A stretch of DNA of 63,874 bases, the filler included, from Nemertoderma westbladi (taxonomy: Eukaryota; Animalia; Xenacoelomorpha): NCBI GenBank assembly GCA_032718475.1. It is 3 parts of 3 records of this genome, joined end to end, with 100 filler letters (N's around TTAATTAATTAA, not from the genome) between each part and the next. Parts side by side here need not be neighbours in the genome. Positions count along the whole stretch, not along the records: positions 23,584 to 54,818 come from JAUCBJ010000842.1; positions 54,919 to 63,874 come from JAUCBJ010004673.1; 1 more part is not named here. One strand, given 5' to 3'. This document shows positions 50,663 to 63,770 of the stretch, piece by piece. Each line of letters starts with the position of its first letter. Within the stretch, counting starts at the first letter, position 1. Below the pieces are notes generated by a model. That model saw nothing but the letters and a program-made list of their open reading frames with translations, searched no databases and was not told the DNA's origin. The translations under genes and the position numbers were made by a program.

Positions 50663-51786
50663 GTGAGTTTTGAAATTATGTCTTATTTAAAACTTTTAAA
50701 ACTTACAGGGAAAGTTTTATTTACCTTTTTCACAATACAGTCAACTTTACAGCTCTAGACTAGTACTTTACAATGAAATTGAAGTGTTCAGCACCAGAAT
50801 AGAATAAGAAGAAAAATATTTGTTAACCCTTCAAGATCCTGGAGAAGATCTCGCCAGTAAGTAATTAAGTGTTCTGCGTTTATTGCTACCATCTTCTGAC
50901 ATTGTGACGTCAAATAGGTGCTCAAAGGTGTTGGCAGTTAAAACAAAGGGTGTATGTCCTTCCAAGCCTCCGGATTTGCTCGTATTTCTGACAACAATCC
51001 AAAGTATTCGAATCCAGTACAGTAAGTAACAAATAAGTAAATTTCAATCTTCAATATTTAATCTGGCTTTTCTTTTTTAATCTTGCTTATTTTTTATATT
51101 TATTCAAAATAGACGTTAGCTACACAACGTTTTGTCCATCGATGGCTACTATATCTATAAATGTTTATATTATTAGTAAAAAATGTAGAAAAACAAAATA
51201 ATTGCTTGCTTGCTTACTATTTGATCGCAGGAAGCGCTCTATCAATCACTAAAAACTTAGTTATTGCTGCGACCAGTGCATCTCTAGCTCTTTCTGTAAA
51301 ATTTTTGTGCATAAATTATAGCAACCAGATATGTTAACGACTTCATCAGCGTTTTCAGTTGCCAACTGAAATGCTTCTTCATTGGTAGAATCTGCAATCT
51401 GTAAACAAAAATAAGGGTGTGTCGAAGCAGGAGGGCGAGGTCATGGTAACTCAACAGTTCAACTTGAGCCCGTAAGTTGTAATCTGTAATATCTCCAATC
51501 TCAACATGAATGCCCTAGATCCCTTTCGTCAATGTAGGGTACAGAATCGTGTGAAAGAATATTGGATACGATCCGCGTTTTATAATGATGTAGGACAATA
51601 TATGAGCTGCTTTTAGGCATGTTTGTTTGTTTAAACCTACTAAACAAATATTCATTACAAACCAAACAAATATCACTTTAAAGTAATTGATTTTAAACTA
51701 TGATATAAAAAAAATTAAAAATTAAATAATATCATAAAATAAAATAAATTATAACATACTATTATAGTCCAGAACAATGGACTTAC

Positions 51787-53283
51787 GTTGCTTCCCCATT
51801 AAATATTGGTAAATTAGAGATTGCTCAGACGGATAATCTCATATACTCCATCATTGGCTCTCCAGCATCAATACCAGCCTCGGCGGCAAATGTAATATCT
51901 AGCGGGCTCCAAGGTCTAAATGTCTTTCTCGTAAATCCCCTGAAACCACCATCCAACACATCATCGCGATCAACATTCACAATGTTGCGATATTCAGGGT
52001 CAATCTTCTCATCAAGTCTTTTTAGAATCGCAGTGAAACTATCACTATAATAATGTAAAAAAATTATACAGTGCAGTAAAAAAATAATTACCATTAATAA
52101 TAGTTGTAAAAATACATACTGTACACCTGCCTACCTGTACACAGTATACTACAAGCTAAGTATACTACAGTACAAGCTAAGCTATACAAGGCATAATACT
52201 ATTAATATCAATTAAATATGACATTAATGTCTAACCTGGAAGAAGATATGGCTTAGTAGTAGGTGTCAGTGTCTCAGAATCACTATCCACGAAGATAATA
52301 TTTGGATCGTTAGCAGCCGGGGTATTGATGGTTGTCATCGGATAAGTTGATTTAGAAGGATTAGTTGATTCAGATGGATTACTTAATTGAGATGGACGAG
52401 TTGAAGTAGTAGAATAATAGTCGCTAATTGGTGTTGTATCATTCCCAATACGAGGCTTAGTACAAACATACAATCGTAATGCTTTAAACTTAGTAGCTGT
52501 AAATAAATCTTGAACTGTTATGTTCATATCGTCAACTTTAGGAGCAGCGAAATCTCTAATCTCATAGGTAAAGTCAGCTATATTTCCTTTACTTCAGATT
52601 CCTTTTGGGAAAAATAACGATTTCCCAATATCCAAAAAACCATTCATATCCGTGTTGGGATTTATATTAAACTCACGTGTACCCACCACCTCCACAATGC
52701 TGACGAACTTGATGATACTCTTTAGTAATTTAATCATAGTTCATCCATCCGAAACTAATTTACGAGTGAGTTTAGCTTTTTCACCCTGTAAACTAAAATG
52801 TGACGATGAAGCTGCAGACTCATAGATAGTTTGTTACAGAATTTATTTTTCACTCGTTCCAATAACGCCTTTTGAGGATCGCTAATTCCCTTACCTCCCT
52901 CCGACCCAGATTGCTGATTTGTCTTGCAGAATGCCACTGCTGCTAGTCTATCTCCATATTTCGGAATATATGTCGACAAAACATTATCGTCCATTAACAA
53001 AACAACGGTTTCATCAATCTAAAATAAAATACACAAACTGTCAAAACACAACCAACAAACCCACTGACCTGCGAAGCGGAATCGCAAAAAATTTCAGAGT
53101 CGACTGCCCTGATCATACGTAGATAACTGTAGGCTAAACAAACAAACTCCTACTTAAATAAAATCTACCGCCAACATCTTAACATTATTCAATATCCAAA
53201 CCTACCATATCGTCATCCAATTTTTGCAATAAGTCCACGGAAACCCCACGTTCCTTGAGGAAGTCATTAAGTGTTCGAGGCAT
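51787..53283 (-). pseudogene. Spliced transposon-borne gene: SAM-like N-terminus and start of a G2E3-like HECT domain
   Basis: Exon 53283-53206 MPRTLNDFLKERGV (GTAGGT donor), exon from 53018 IDETVVLLMDD..YIPKYGDRLA, later DITFAAEAGIDAGEPMMEYMRL; frameshifted and truncated. Confidence 0.65.
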
Positions 53284-53406
53284 TCTCTTGTTGTCGTCTA
53301 TCTATCTTTTGCACTGTGGATGGACCGGACACTACTGACTGAAACCAAAAATGCAGCCTACCAAAAACATATCTAATCAAAAATATCGCTTTTCCTATGC
53401 CTCACA

Positions 53407-53624
53407 AATTGATTGGTTGATTATCTCAGGGCCCGAGTTATTAAGTTGGGGCCGGAGATATTTCAACTCTCTGATTGGTTGGTAATTTTGGGGCCCGAGT
53501 TATTAAGTCGGGGCCGAGGTAATTCAACTCTCTGATTGGTTGGTTATCTCAGGGCTCGAATAATTAAGCCAGGGACTGAGATAATAAAAAAAAAAATTTT
53601 TCATGTCCCTTTAGGGGCTCCGTA
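53407..53624 (-). mobile_element. IS3EU-like DNA transposon terminus with three ~60-bp subterminal repeats
   Basis: Minus strand begins TACGGAGCCCCTAAAGGGACATG (TAY-type end recalled for IS3EU); TGATTGGTT...GGGCCCGAGTTATTAAG x3. Other end not found. Confidence 0.55.
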
Positions 53625-54038
53625 TTTAACACTTAAAAAGCTTACTTCCTCATGCCTAAAAACCCACATTAAGCATAACAGGTTGTTAGTATATTTTAGT
53701 GTATAGCTTTCAGATTAACAATTATTGTTAAATAAATATTATTCACAACCTCGTGCGAATTCTGGATATTTTATTTGACTTTATATTAAATCATTTTAAA
53801 TGTAGCACAGAGCGACTTTCAAAATTGCACATATCCCTCCCACTTGACACAAGATCCTCGAAAAGCAGACGATATCAATTATTATGCCACATAATTATCA
53901 GCCTCTCTATAAGGTTTTTGTTCACATGTGATTATAGTGGGATCGAGGGGTTACAGGACACAAGATACTGTACCAGGTGAATGAAACTCCACACAATCTT
54001 GGATGGGAGTACTGCCAGACAGTGTTAGTTCTATATAT

Positions 54039-54310
54039 TCGCTTTATATCGCCTCCGCTTTGCAGGACATTGCTTGCGCCGTGAGGACCAGCCAGTGCAT
54101 AATCTTGTACTTTGGCAGCCTCATGGAGTGAATAATCATGGTGGACAGCCCATGACTTTCTTGAGACGCATCTTAAAGAACACTGGCCTTGAAGATGCGG
54201 ATGATCTAGCAATTGTCATGGGTGATAGGGAGTTGTGGCTGTGCAATTTTGTCGATAAACCGGCACAGCATTCTTAAAAATGCAGCTGCAATGCAGCATG
54301 CCGATCCTAG
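54039..54310 (+). mobile_element. RTE-clade LINE 3' fragment
   Basis: TSD TAGTTCTATATAT (54026-54038 and 54311-54323); RLRFAGHCLRREDQPVHNLVLWQP. Confidence 0.88.
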
Positions 54311-54818
54311 TAGTTCTATATATAAACACGTTCGTGGGGACTTCGCGCAGCTCGAGACTCAGTTCTGTGATACAAATTAAAATTAAGCAATTCTCAAATT
54401 AAAATTGAGCAATTCTATGACAAAATCTGTATAAGAAATTTAACCAGACCGCCATTAAACAAGGAAGAGGGGAAAGTTCCTCCACTTCAACCCCCCTCTT
54501 AATCTGCAACACCCCAACCCAAAGGCGCACAGAGAATTGATGAAAGGCCATAAACATAGGTATTAACATAAAATTTGTGTTATAATAATAAATAGTAAAT
54601 ATATTTTAGTCGTGGAGGCTACCCTATTTGTAAGAAATATTAACACTTACATTATGCCGATAGTATTGATACTGAAATATGAATTTATTAAGTTAACACT
54701 TAATGTCAACGAAATTATTATTTTAGCTAATTATTCTACAAATCTACGAATTCTACATATATAAAGAATCACGAATAAATAGTCATCCTATCATTTTGAT
54801 AGCAATAAGCAAAGCTGT

Positions 54819-54918
54819 NNNNNNNNNNNNNNNNNNNNNNNNNNNNNNNNNNNNNNNNNNNNTTAATTAATTAANNNNNNNNNNNNNNNNNNNNNNNNNN
54901 NNNNNNNNNNNNNNNNNN
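54819..54918. other. Artificial contig linker
   Basis: 44 N + TTAATTAATTAA + 44 N. Confidence 0.97.
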
Positions 54919-56389
54919 CGTTATACTGTATGCATTATTAGTCCGTTATGCAGCATGCAATATTAGTCCGTTATACTGTACGTAATATTAGTCCATTGTG
55001 CAGCATGATATTTTAGATAAGGCATAATAACGCAGTGGTATTTAGATAGGGAAATCGAAACACCCATATATTTGAATCCATCCATTTTGTATAGTATGTA
55101 GCCCTACCTACGTAATTTTGTATTAGGATATATGTAGATAGTTCCAGGGTAGCGAGTTTAGCCGTTGCGGGCGGGCACTTGCACTGTAACACGCAGACCA
55201 TTCGCCGATACAGTAACTAGGGGGCTGATGATCCAGGTTTTGTCTCTATTTAGTATTAGGGGGGCAGGAATCGGGTTAGTTAGGAATCCTAGATGTATTC
55301 GGGAGAGGCCTGCGCGTACTACAACGTTGAGTGTAGAGTACGAGTAGTGAATCGCATAATTGTGGGCTATACAGTAGTTAACTGCATAATTGCGAACTGT
55401 GATTGCTGACGCTGATTGGTGTGTTATTGAAGTGTGCCTATGATTATGAATGTTTAGGTAGGCGCCCTTTTCTTTTGATTGATTTCTATTTCTTAGTTAC
55501 AATAATTAGTTACTGATTAGGTCAAAGTAATACGGCAATTTAGGCTATTACTAGCGAAACCTGTTGCTTAATAAATTAGAATTACGTATTCTGGAACTCT
55601 TAGTAATTAGTACGCTGTTAAATATTTGTGACTGTAATTGATTAGTAAAAATTAAGAATTAGTACGCAGCATAGCGGAGAGTAGCTAAGGTAATAATTAG
55701 AGTACTGTAAACTATTCACGCTGAGCGGTTATTTGCATTAGCGGGCAATCAGCTAGATCGCACTATTCGGTACGCACGATACGCTAGTAATTTGCTGGCC
55801 TAAAGCCAGCCGCAGGCAAGTTTCGACCCAGAGTGGTACTATCCACGTAGAAACGATTACTGTATCATTTTGATTATTTAAATATTCTCGCATTCACACA
55901 TTACGTTAGAGAACCCCCAGTATTCGCGATTAGAAAGACGTAGACAATAGCGTGTTTTAATAGTGATAGAATTAGGCGTAAGAATACTCTGAGTGCAAAG
56001 CCTCTCGCACTCGTCTTAAGTAAGCTTAGGGAGCCGACTCGGGTTTATTGTTTTGGTTATTCCCGCGTGGCTCATAGATTCGAACAGTTAGCTCTCTATC
56101 GAGCGATCGGTAGAGAAAGGAACAAGCGATTTTGCAGGAGTTGTGTAAAATTAGTAAAATATATTAGCGGACGGCAGATTAGCGCCATCCAACGGTAAGT
56201 AGCGGTTTTGTATTTAGCCACCTTTACAATTTAGTAATATCACGCTCCTGATCCCCTTTACTTAACAGTAGAGCATTCTTTGTGTCTTATTGGTTAGGCG
56301 AGAGCTCATTAGGTTGACAGAAGGATATTAACGGGTATTGGTCTGTTCAACAGTTCTGCTGTTAGTATAGAGGTCGCGGTTGTTTGTCA

Positions 56390-56652
56390 ACATCTTTATC
56401 GTTGAGTCGGGCATTGTCACGCTCTCGGTAAAGTTGTACATGTACATAGTGTAATTACGTTTTATATTGGTTTTAGGTTAGCGTAGTGTAATATTGTATT
56501 TGTAACCAAGTAACATAAAGGACCCCCTTGGAAATAAGCTGCAAAGCTTTAGGGGTAATCCTATATGTTATGTTGGACAATACCTTTATACCGGTACATT
56601 GTTTGGTGTATTTGTTATTGTTTTTACATAATGTATAAATAAATCTATCTAT
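56390..56652 (+). mobile_element. 3' tail of the CR1-group LINE family
   Basis: Reverse complement of about 7912-8163; abuts the truncated BEL pol. Confidence 0.9.
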
Positions 56653-59594
56653 GTACGATACATAGCCCCTCTTTGTGTGAATGTCCGCGCCCTCCTGGCT
56701 CAGTTGGTATTTGAACTCGTCTGTCTCTCGGTTCCACACGATCCCTAGTGCCTTATGCTGGAACTCTACCCTCTTGTTCGCCATGTCCTGTCCCTTGGCT
56801 GTCGTGGGGTTATCCATGGTCGACTCTGGCCTCCTGTCCTCTATGGCTTCCATAAACTCTTCTGAGCTAGATTGGAACTTGGTCAGGTTAAACCCGGATC
56901 CCTTTAGGATGTCGCGAACCTCGCGCCCCGTATCTAGTAGTTCTTTAACCGTGTTTCCAGATTCCATTCCGTCGTCCACATAGAAGCCGCGTCGAATCAT
57001 ATCGACGGCTTTGGCGCTATATTTCTCCTCTTTCCCCTCTACTGTATCCCTTACAGCCACAGTGGTCGTAAATGAGGATGACTTGGCCCCCATATTCTGC
57101 ACCACCATCTTGTACATCGGTATTGTCGACGGTACCTCGTCGCTGTAGTACCATAGGAAGCGCTGGCTGTCACTATCCTCCTCCGTCACACGGACTTGGT
57201 TGAACATGCCTTCAATGTTGCAGGTGAAGGCGTGCCTCCCGTTTCTGAATCTCAGTAGGACCTCGATTCCCGAGTTATAGATGTTGGGGCCTTCTAGCAG
57301 ATAGTCGTTTAGGCACTTGCCGTTGGTCTTAGTCGATGCGTCAACTACCATCCACAATTTACCTTTCTTTGGGTCTAGAGCCATGTGAAGTGGCAGGTAA
57401 TAGGTCCTGTATGTGTTCGGTTCGTCGACCAGTAACTCCATGGCCCATCCTTTCTCGACATACTTCCTTATCGTCTTGTGAATGTACTCATCTTTCTCGG
57501 GGCTCCGCTTCAGGGTTTGCTTCAATTTACGAAGCCTCGTGAGTACCATTCCCTTGTTATCTGGTAACGGCAATTTTGGTTGTTTCCACACCATCCCTAT
57601 GGTGTACCGCCCCTCGTCGCATCTCATCGACTCCTTCACTCTTTGTATTGCCTGTTTATCTTCTACCGAGGTTCCGACCCCAGTCTCTTTCAGTCCCTCA
57701 AAATCCTGTCTGAGTAGTCTCCTGAGCTGCTCCTCTGCTCCTTCATCTTCCATCTCCCTCATAGTTCCCGCGAACATGCACCCTGATGTCTCCGACATCC
57801 TAAATGGAATCTTGGTTTTAATTGGGCCGCTTAGCGTCCATCCAAATGGTGTTAAAATTGCCATCGGGTCACGCTGTCTGTCTTCGCCGAAGACCGTCTG
57901 CATTCTCTCGTGGGCAGTCGGGCAATCCATTCCCACTATAATGGATACCTTCCTAACGTCCACCTCTGGTATTGAGAAATCGATACTGTCCAGGAATCTA
58001 TATTGTTCGAAGTCGATGTAGGTTGGTCGCCTGGCGTTGATATTTATCGATTCTATCACCTGGATGGGGTCGATGGTCGCCCCATAATCGCATCCCGGTG
58101 CTATCGCTGCTATCCCACACCGTCCGGTCCTCATCTCCAGGACCTCATCTTTGCTGGAGATGGTTGTTACCGCCATCCTACTTGGCCTCGTCTTTAGTCC
58201 TATCTCTTCGGCCACCCAATTCTCGACCAATGTGAAGGCTGCTCCACTGTCGACCAGCATCAGTGTGGTTACTGATCGACCGCCTTCTCAGATCACCCTC
58301 ACTGGTACTACCCCGAGTAGTACCGTCCCTCTCTTCTTCGCCCATACGGTGCTTGTCACCATTGTCTGCCCTTTGCCTTGACCGAACTTAATTGGTGTTT
58401 CTTTGCATTGATCAGCTCTGTGTCCGCCCGCCACACATCGAGGACAAATTCCACTCTTTCTTGCATATTCTACCTGATCTTGTTTGGGCAACGCTTGCCA
58501 ATATCTGCAGTTCATGGTCTGATGAAGTGCGTTCGTGTGTAATTGGCATTTGCTGTTTGGATTATAGCCGTCCTTATACAGTGCGCTGCGTATCGCACTT
58601 ACGTTCGTACCTAGATCCCTACTGTTCTTATTGTTTGGGTTCGGCCTACTGGGCGTGTTGGGGTTGTGTTTGTTTGTGTTGTTGTTTTGCCCCTGTCCGC
58701 TCCATGGTGTGGTCCATGGTGTAGTCCCCTGCGTCGCTGCGTATGGCAGCGATTGTCTGAGCTTTGGCAACGCGTTTGCCATGTTGTGTTCTGGTTTCGG
58801 CTTGTTATATTCGGTCTTTGGCCCCTTCCCCAGACTATCCTCGCTATAGACTGGGTCTGTGATCAATTCGGCTTCGTAGTTGAGGAAGCTCGACATTTCT
58901 TCTAGGCCAGGTTCCGCACCCTTCTTCTCCCGGGTGGAGAAAGCGATTTTTCTCCACTTATTGCGCAGCCAGATCGGCAGTGCCTGCGCTATCGTGGTGA
59001 TGTTATTAGATGCGTTGAGTTCGTATGGCGCGTCTAGCGTCTTCAGCACGATTAGCACCTTCTCGACTTTGTTCGCAAACGTCTTTATGCTAACGGGGTT
59101 ATCCTGTAGGCCACCCGATGTTATACCCCTCAGGGTTTGCCGGATGATCTTGGCCGGGTGCCCGTACTCCCTGTCTAGGGCCCGCCATGCTGTCGTGAAG
59201 CCACCCTCAATGCCCTGATACTACCTCACGATGTCATACGCTGGGCCTCCTGTATATACCTGTAGATATTTTAGGCGCTCCGCCTGCATCAGGTTCTTGG
59301 TTAATATCTCGTTGCTGTACATGCGCCGAAATTGCAGGTATTCTTCCGGCCTACTTCCATCGAATTTAAATGGCTCTACGGGTGGTAGCTCGATTCTGGT
59401 CTTAAGTGCATCGATTAATGTAGCCATTCCCATCGCCTGTTCTTCCAACTGGTTCGAAGGATTCTGTACATATTCTCCCGTTGGGTGCGGTCCGCCTGTC
59501 CTGTCTGTTGCCCTCTGTTGTGTCGGATATATCATTGGGGGTAATGGCCCCCTCCATATTTCGGTGTCGCAAGATCTGTTCTCGTCCAGGGGAT

Positions 59595-60597
59595 ACTACT
59601 ACTACTACTACTAGGTCGAGCGAACTCGGACAGTGGAAATGAGATCCTTCCAGGCTTCCCGATTCTCCATAGTTGTCGCAATTTCGTTTCTCCCAAGTTC
59701 AGTATCCCTTTCAAGTTGATCTATATATGTTATGGCAGGTCGTCCACGACTACGCTTTCCATGAGTTGGTTGTCAGAGAAGTAGATCTGGTATGACCTCG
59801 TCTTTACTTCGCCAGCAGTGCCCACTGAATCTTAATCTGCGTTCACGGAGGGTGGTTGATACAGGTGGTATTGTACCATAAAGCTCGGCGTTTGTCATGT
59901 GTTGTCTCCAGCTGATGTTTAGGGCTGCCCTTAGTAGTCTTGTGTAGCAACCATCAATTCGTTGTTCAAGTGATTTAGTCAGTGTCCAGGTCTCACCCCC
60001 ATATAAAAATACATTTTCCACTGTGGCTCGAAAGAACTTAGTCTTCAGGTGCCTGGAGAGATCTGATTTCCAGATGGTATCCATTTTTGATAGAGCTACC
60101 CAAGCCTTTGCTTTCCTAACTTCTATGTCCTTTTTGCTACTCTCTATCCATGATCCAAGGTACTGGAAGTCATCGACCTTCCTTAGTTGATTATTATCAA
60201 TGGTTGTCAAGTTTCCATCAATATTAAAGGTCATGAATTCGGTCTTGGTAGAATTTATATGCAATCCAACCTCCTCCACTTTATTTAGTAGAAGCTGTGC
60301 ATCTGCTAGCGTATTACAGAGCAGGGCGATGTCATCCACAAAGTCGGTGTCTGTGACTGTAGTTGCCGGATATCTACTACTTCTGCGTTCTTGAAGTGTG
60401 AATCCCAGATCTTCACCCTTTGTGGCCGTCCTCATTGCGTAATCCAGCACAATTACAAATAGTAATGGTGCTAATGTGTCACCTTGCAGTACGCAGGCCA
60501 GGATTGAGAAAAACTCAGTTTCACCATCTGGTGAGAGTACCTACGCTTCTGTGTCACAATATAACAATCCAATGCCAGCAACAATTACCAGGGGGTT
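59595..60597 (-). mobile_element. RTE-clade LINE, 5'-truncated, inserted in BEL gag
   Basis: TSD GTCCAGGGGAT (59584-59594 and 60598-60608); DFVDDIAL, FQYLGS, LYGGETWTL, RLRFSGHC; (TAG)n tail. Confidence 0.93.
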
Positions 60598-63500
60598 GTC
60601 CAGGGGATTCGACGTTCTTATTCCTGTTTGAGTATATTGTTGATATTGTAATGGGGGAATGTTACCCTGCCCCCCCCCCCCCCCCCCCCACCGGTGGTAT
60701 GTTTGGTACTGGGGTTGATGTTAATATATTGGGGCCCATACACCTATCCGCAATAACTCTCCCCTCCCCTGGATATATACTATGTCCCTGCATGCTATAG
60801 TCATACTGCTGTGCTGGTACCGGTATAGGCCTATCCACTTCTGGCCTACCTACCGGTATGTACTCCGCAACTTCCGGGTTTAATCCCGTCGTCCGCGCTA
60901 CCCTATCGCCTACACTATCTCTCCCAACATGGCCTATAGTATGTGTAGTAAGGCCTACAGTATGTCCTGCAGTCTGTATGTGTCCCTCCGGACCGATGTT
61001 TAACCTTCTCGAATAATCCAAGAAGTCCTCCCCATGGCTACCGTACCCTCGATCGGCAGCTATATCCCGTCGGGAAGTTTCTCTTTGATCCCCTCTCCTA
61101 TTCTCGTCCTCATACCGGTACAACCTGTACCCCTCTCTCGGCGTATAGTACGCTTCGCCAGGTCGCGTCTCTCCGGGATGATGGCAATCTCCCGGAGTTC
61201 GACCCCACCGACTCTCCAACTCCATCTCTACTACCGACAGCTCGCTATCTGTCCTCGCTCTCCTGTTACTCGCAACGACACTTCTTCTACTCTCTTCTCT
61301 TCTTCTCTCTGCAGTGTAGTGTCCCCGCTTGTGAGATCTCTCGTCGACCTCCCGGTTAAACTCCACTGTTCTTCTTCCCGCTTCTGACTGGGCTCGACGT
61401 CTCATCGCTCGCCCTCTCGCGACGCCAACCTCTCTCTCTCTAACCCGGTCGCACGCCGCTGGGGATATTCGTAATACCCTACTATTCCCTACCATCGCCG
61501 GGTGCTGCGGTTCACCTAATTCGCCCCGCGCATTATCCACCGACGCCTGTGGGACACTATTTGCCCCCCCCCCCTCTCGCCACTAATCTCTCGTTGTGGG
61601 GTTCCTGTAGCCCCCCCCCCCACTCGCTGCTAATCTCTCGTTGTGGGGCTCCTGTAGCCCCCCCCCCCCCCCCACCCCACCCCCCACTCGCCACCTATTA
61701 CTTCACTATCCCTCACTTCGCCTCTACACCCCTCTCTAGTCGACGCACTATCCCTACTGCGGTTGGGTGTATTCACCCCCACCTCTCCCTCTATCACTGT
61801 GTGGCCTGGCAGGCTCCCGTTGGGTTGACTCACCCCCGCTACTCCCTGCGTATTAACTACGTGGCCTACCAGGCTCCCGTCAGGGTCTCTCACCCCCGTT
61901 ACCCCCTGCGTACTGATTATGTGGCCTGGCAGGCTCTCGTTGGCCAGGCCACCTACATCTGCTGCGTTTATATTAATAGCACCAGTATCAATATTATTTT
62001 CTAAATTATTTAAATTATTAGAATTATTCTGTGCTGAATTCGGGTTATTATTTAAATTATTCCGTATATTTGAATTAGAATCGGGATTATTTTGCTCGTT
62101 TGAATTAAAATCATTATTTAGATTATTTTGCGTATTTAAATTTAAATTATTTGAATTACTTTGTATATTCGAATCTAGGTTATTATTTGAATTATTTTCT
62201 ACATTTAAATTAGGATCGTTCGGATTTAAATTACTATTATCGGGCAAAATATTATTTCCTGCAATGAAAGTTTGATTAGGGTTGTCTACTACGTTACTAT
62301 TAATATTGACGCCTTCTAGCGTATTATTATTACCCCCCCACCCCCCCCCCCCCCCCCCCCGCCTGTACGGTTACACCAGTCTTGGGTCTGTCGTCTGGTC
62401 CCTGTAAGTGGGGTATTAACAAACGTTTCTATTACTTCTGGCTCCTCGTAAACACTACCCGAGCCAGCCTCACTCTATGATAGCCCCAACTGCGCCAGTT
62501 CTAATCGGCGCTTCTGTTTGGCCTGATATTGCATAAGCCCCCTCAACCGGGCATGCATATCATCCTGCACTTGCTTTCCCATTCTCTCCCTCTCCCTATC
62601 CTCTTGCAAACTCTGCTCGGCCAACTCCGCCTCTCTCGCAATCCTCTCAAGCCGCCTCGCCTCACGCTCTTTATGCTCGCTCACCCCTCTCACCTCACGC
62701 TCTTTACGCTCGCTCGCCTCTTTCACTCACGCTCTTTACGCTCGCTCACCTCTCTCGCCACCTCACGCTCTTTACGCTCGTTCGCCTCTTTCGCCTATCT
62801 CGCCTCTTGCTCTCCTTTCCTTCCCTTATTTCTATCTCCTCACACTCTCTAAAGTTTCTCGCGACCCTTTCAGCCCTCTCTTTATTCTCTCTCGCCAGTT
62901 CCCTCTTTTTCTCTAATAACGCAGTTCCCTCATCCAACTGCCTCTCTAATTCTTTCTGGTCTAGCGCCACCATGTCTAATTGACACGCCAGATCCTTCTT
63001 GCTTTTGCGGAGGATGTAGCGGACTTGTCGGTCGCGACCGACGAGACTGAATCCTCGGGGTTAACCTCGGATTCGCCCTCGTGCGGGTCTGCCCAACCCA
63101 CTAACTTAACTCCCCTAGCATCCACTAAATACGGCCCTATGTACACTACTTGGGGCTCCATTATCCGGACCGCCACATTTCAAATAGTTCGGTGGCGACC
63201 CCCCTCGCTCTCTCACTCGCTAGTTCTCCCTGCCCGAAACGAACTAGGTATCTGAAATGTTTATTCGACTCACCTAGTCGCTGGCTCAACTTCTCCTGGT
63301 CTACCTTTGCTCCCTCTCTTGCCTCCCTGAGCTGTTTCTTGGTGGCGTTGTAGGCCCTTCGAAGCCGATCACTGGTTCCGACGTCCTTGTCTCCTACATC
63401 TCCTCCTCCTCTCCTGGTTCGGCGTTGTACCGGCGGCCCCACCATCGCCATTCCGGTGGGCCGACCATCGCCCTCGGCCTGTGGCTGGCCGGCGACTTCG

Positions 63501-63770
63501 GCACTTCGACCGCCTTTGTGCGTCGACTCGTCCCCTCGTTTTTGTAGATGGCCACCCTCCGCTTGGGCTGCCGGATCGTCTCTTGCCGGCGAATCCGGCG
63601 TTGCGGGTCGATACCGTCGCGTCGCGGCCTCGCAAATCGTTTCGTTGGTATTGTCTGGGGTCCGCGGTGGTGTCCTCTCTCCCTCTAGATCTCGGGACTC
63701 TGTGCTCATCTTTTATCTTTCTTTCCTTGGTGGCTGGCAGTCACAGTTTAGCAGTGTTGGAATTTCGTAC

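Noticed and set aside
56473-56652. Novel C-terminus on the 595-aa BEL pol ORF
   Set aside because: Read-through into the antisense of an inserted LINE tail.
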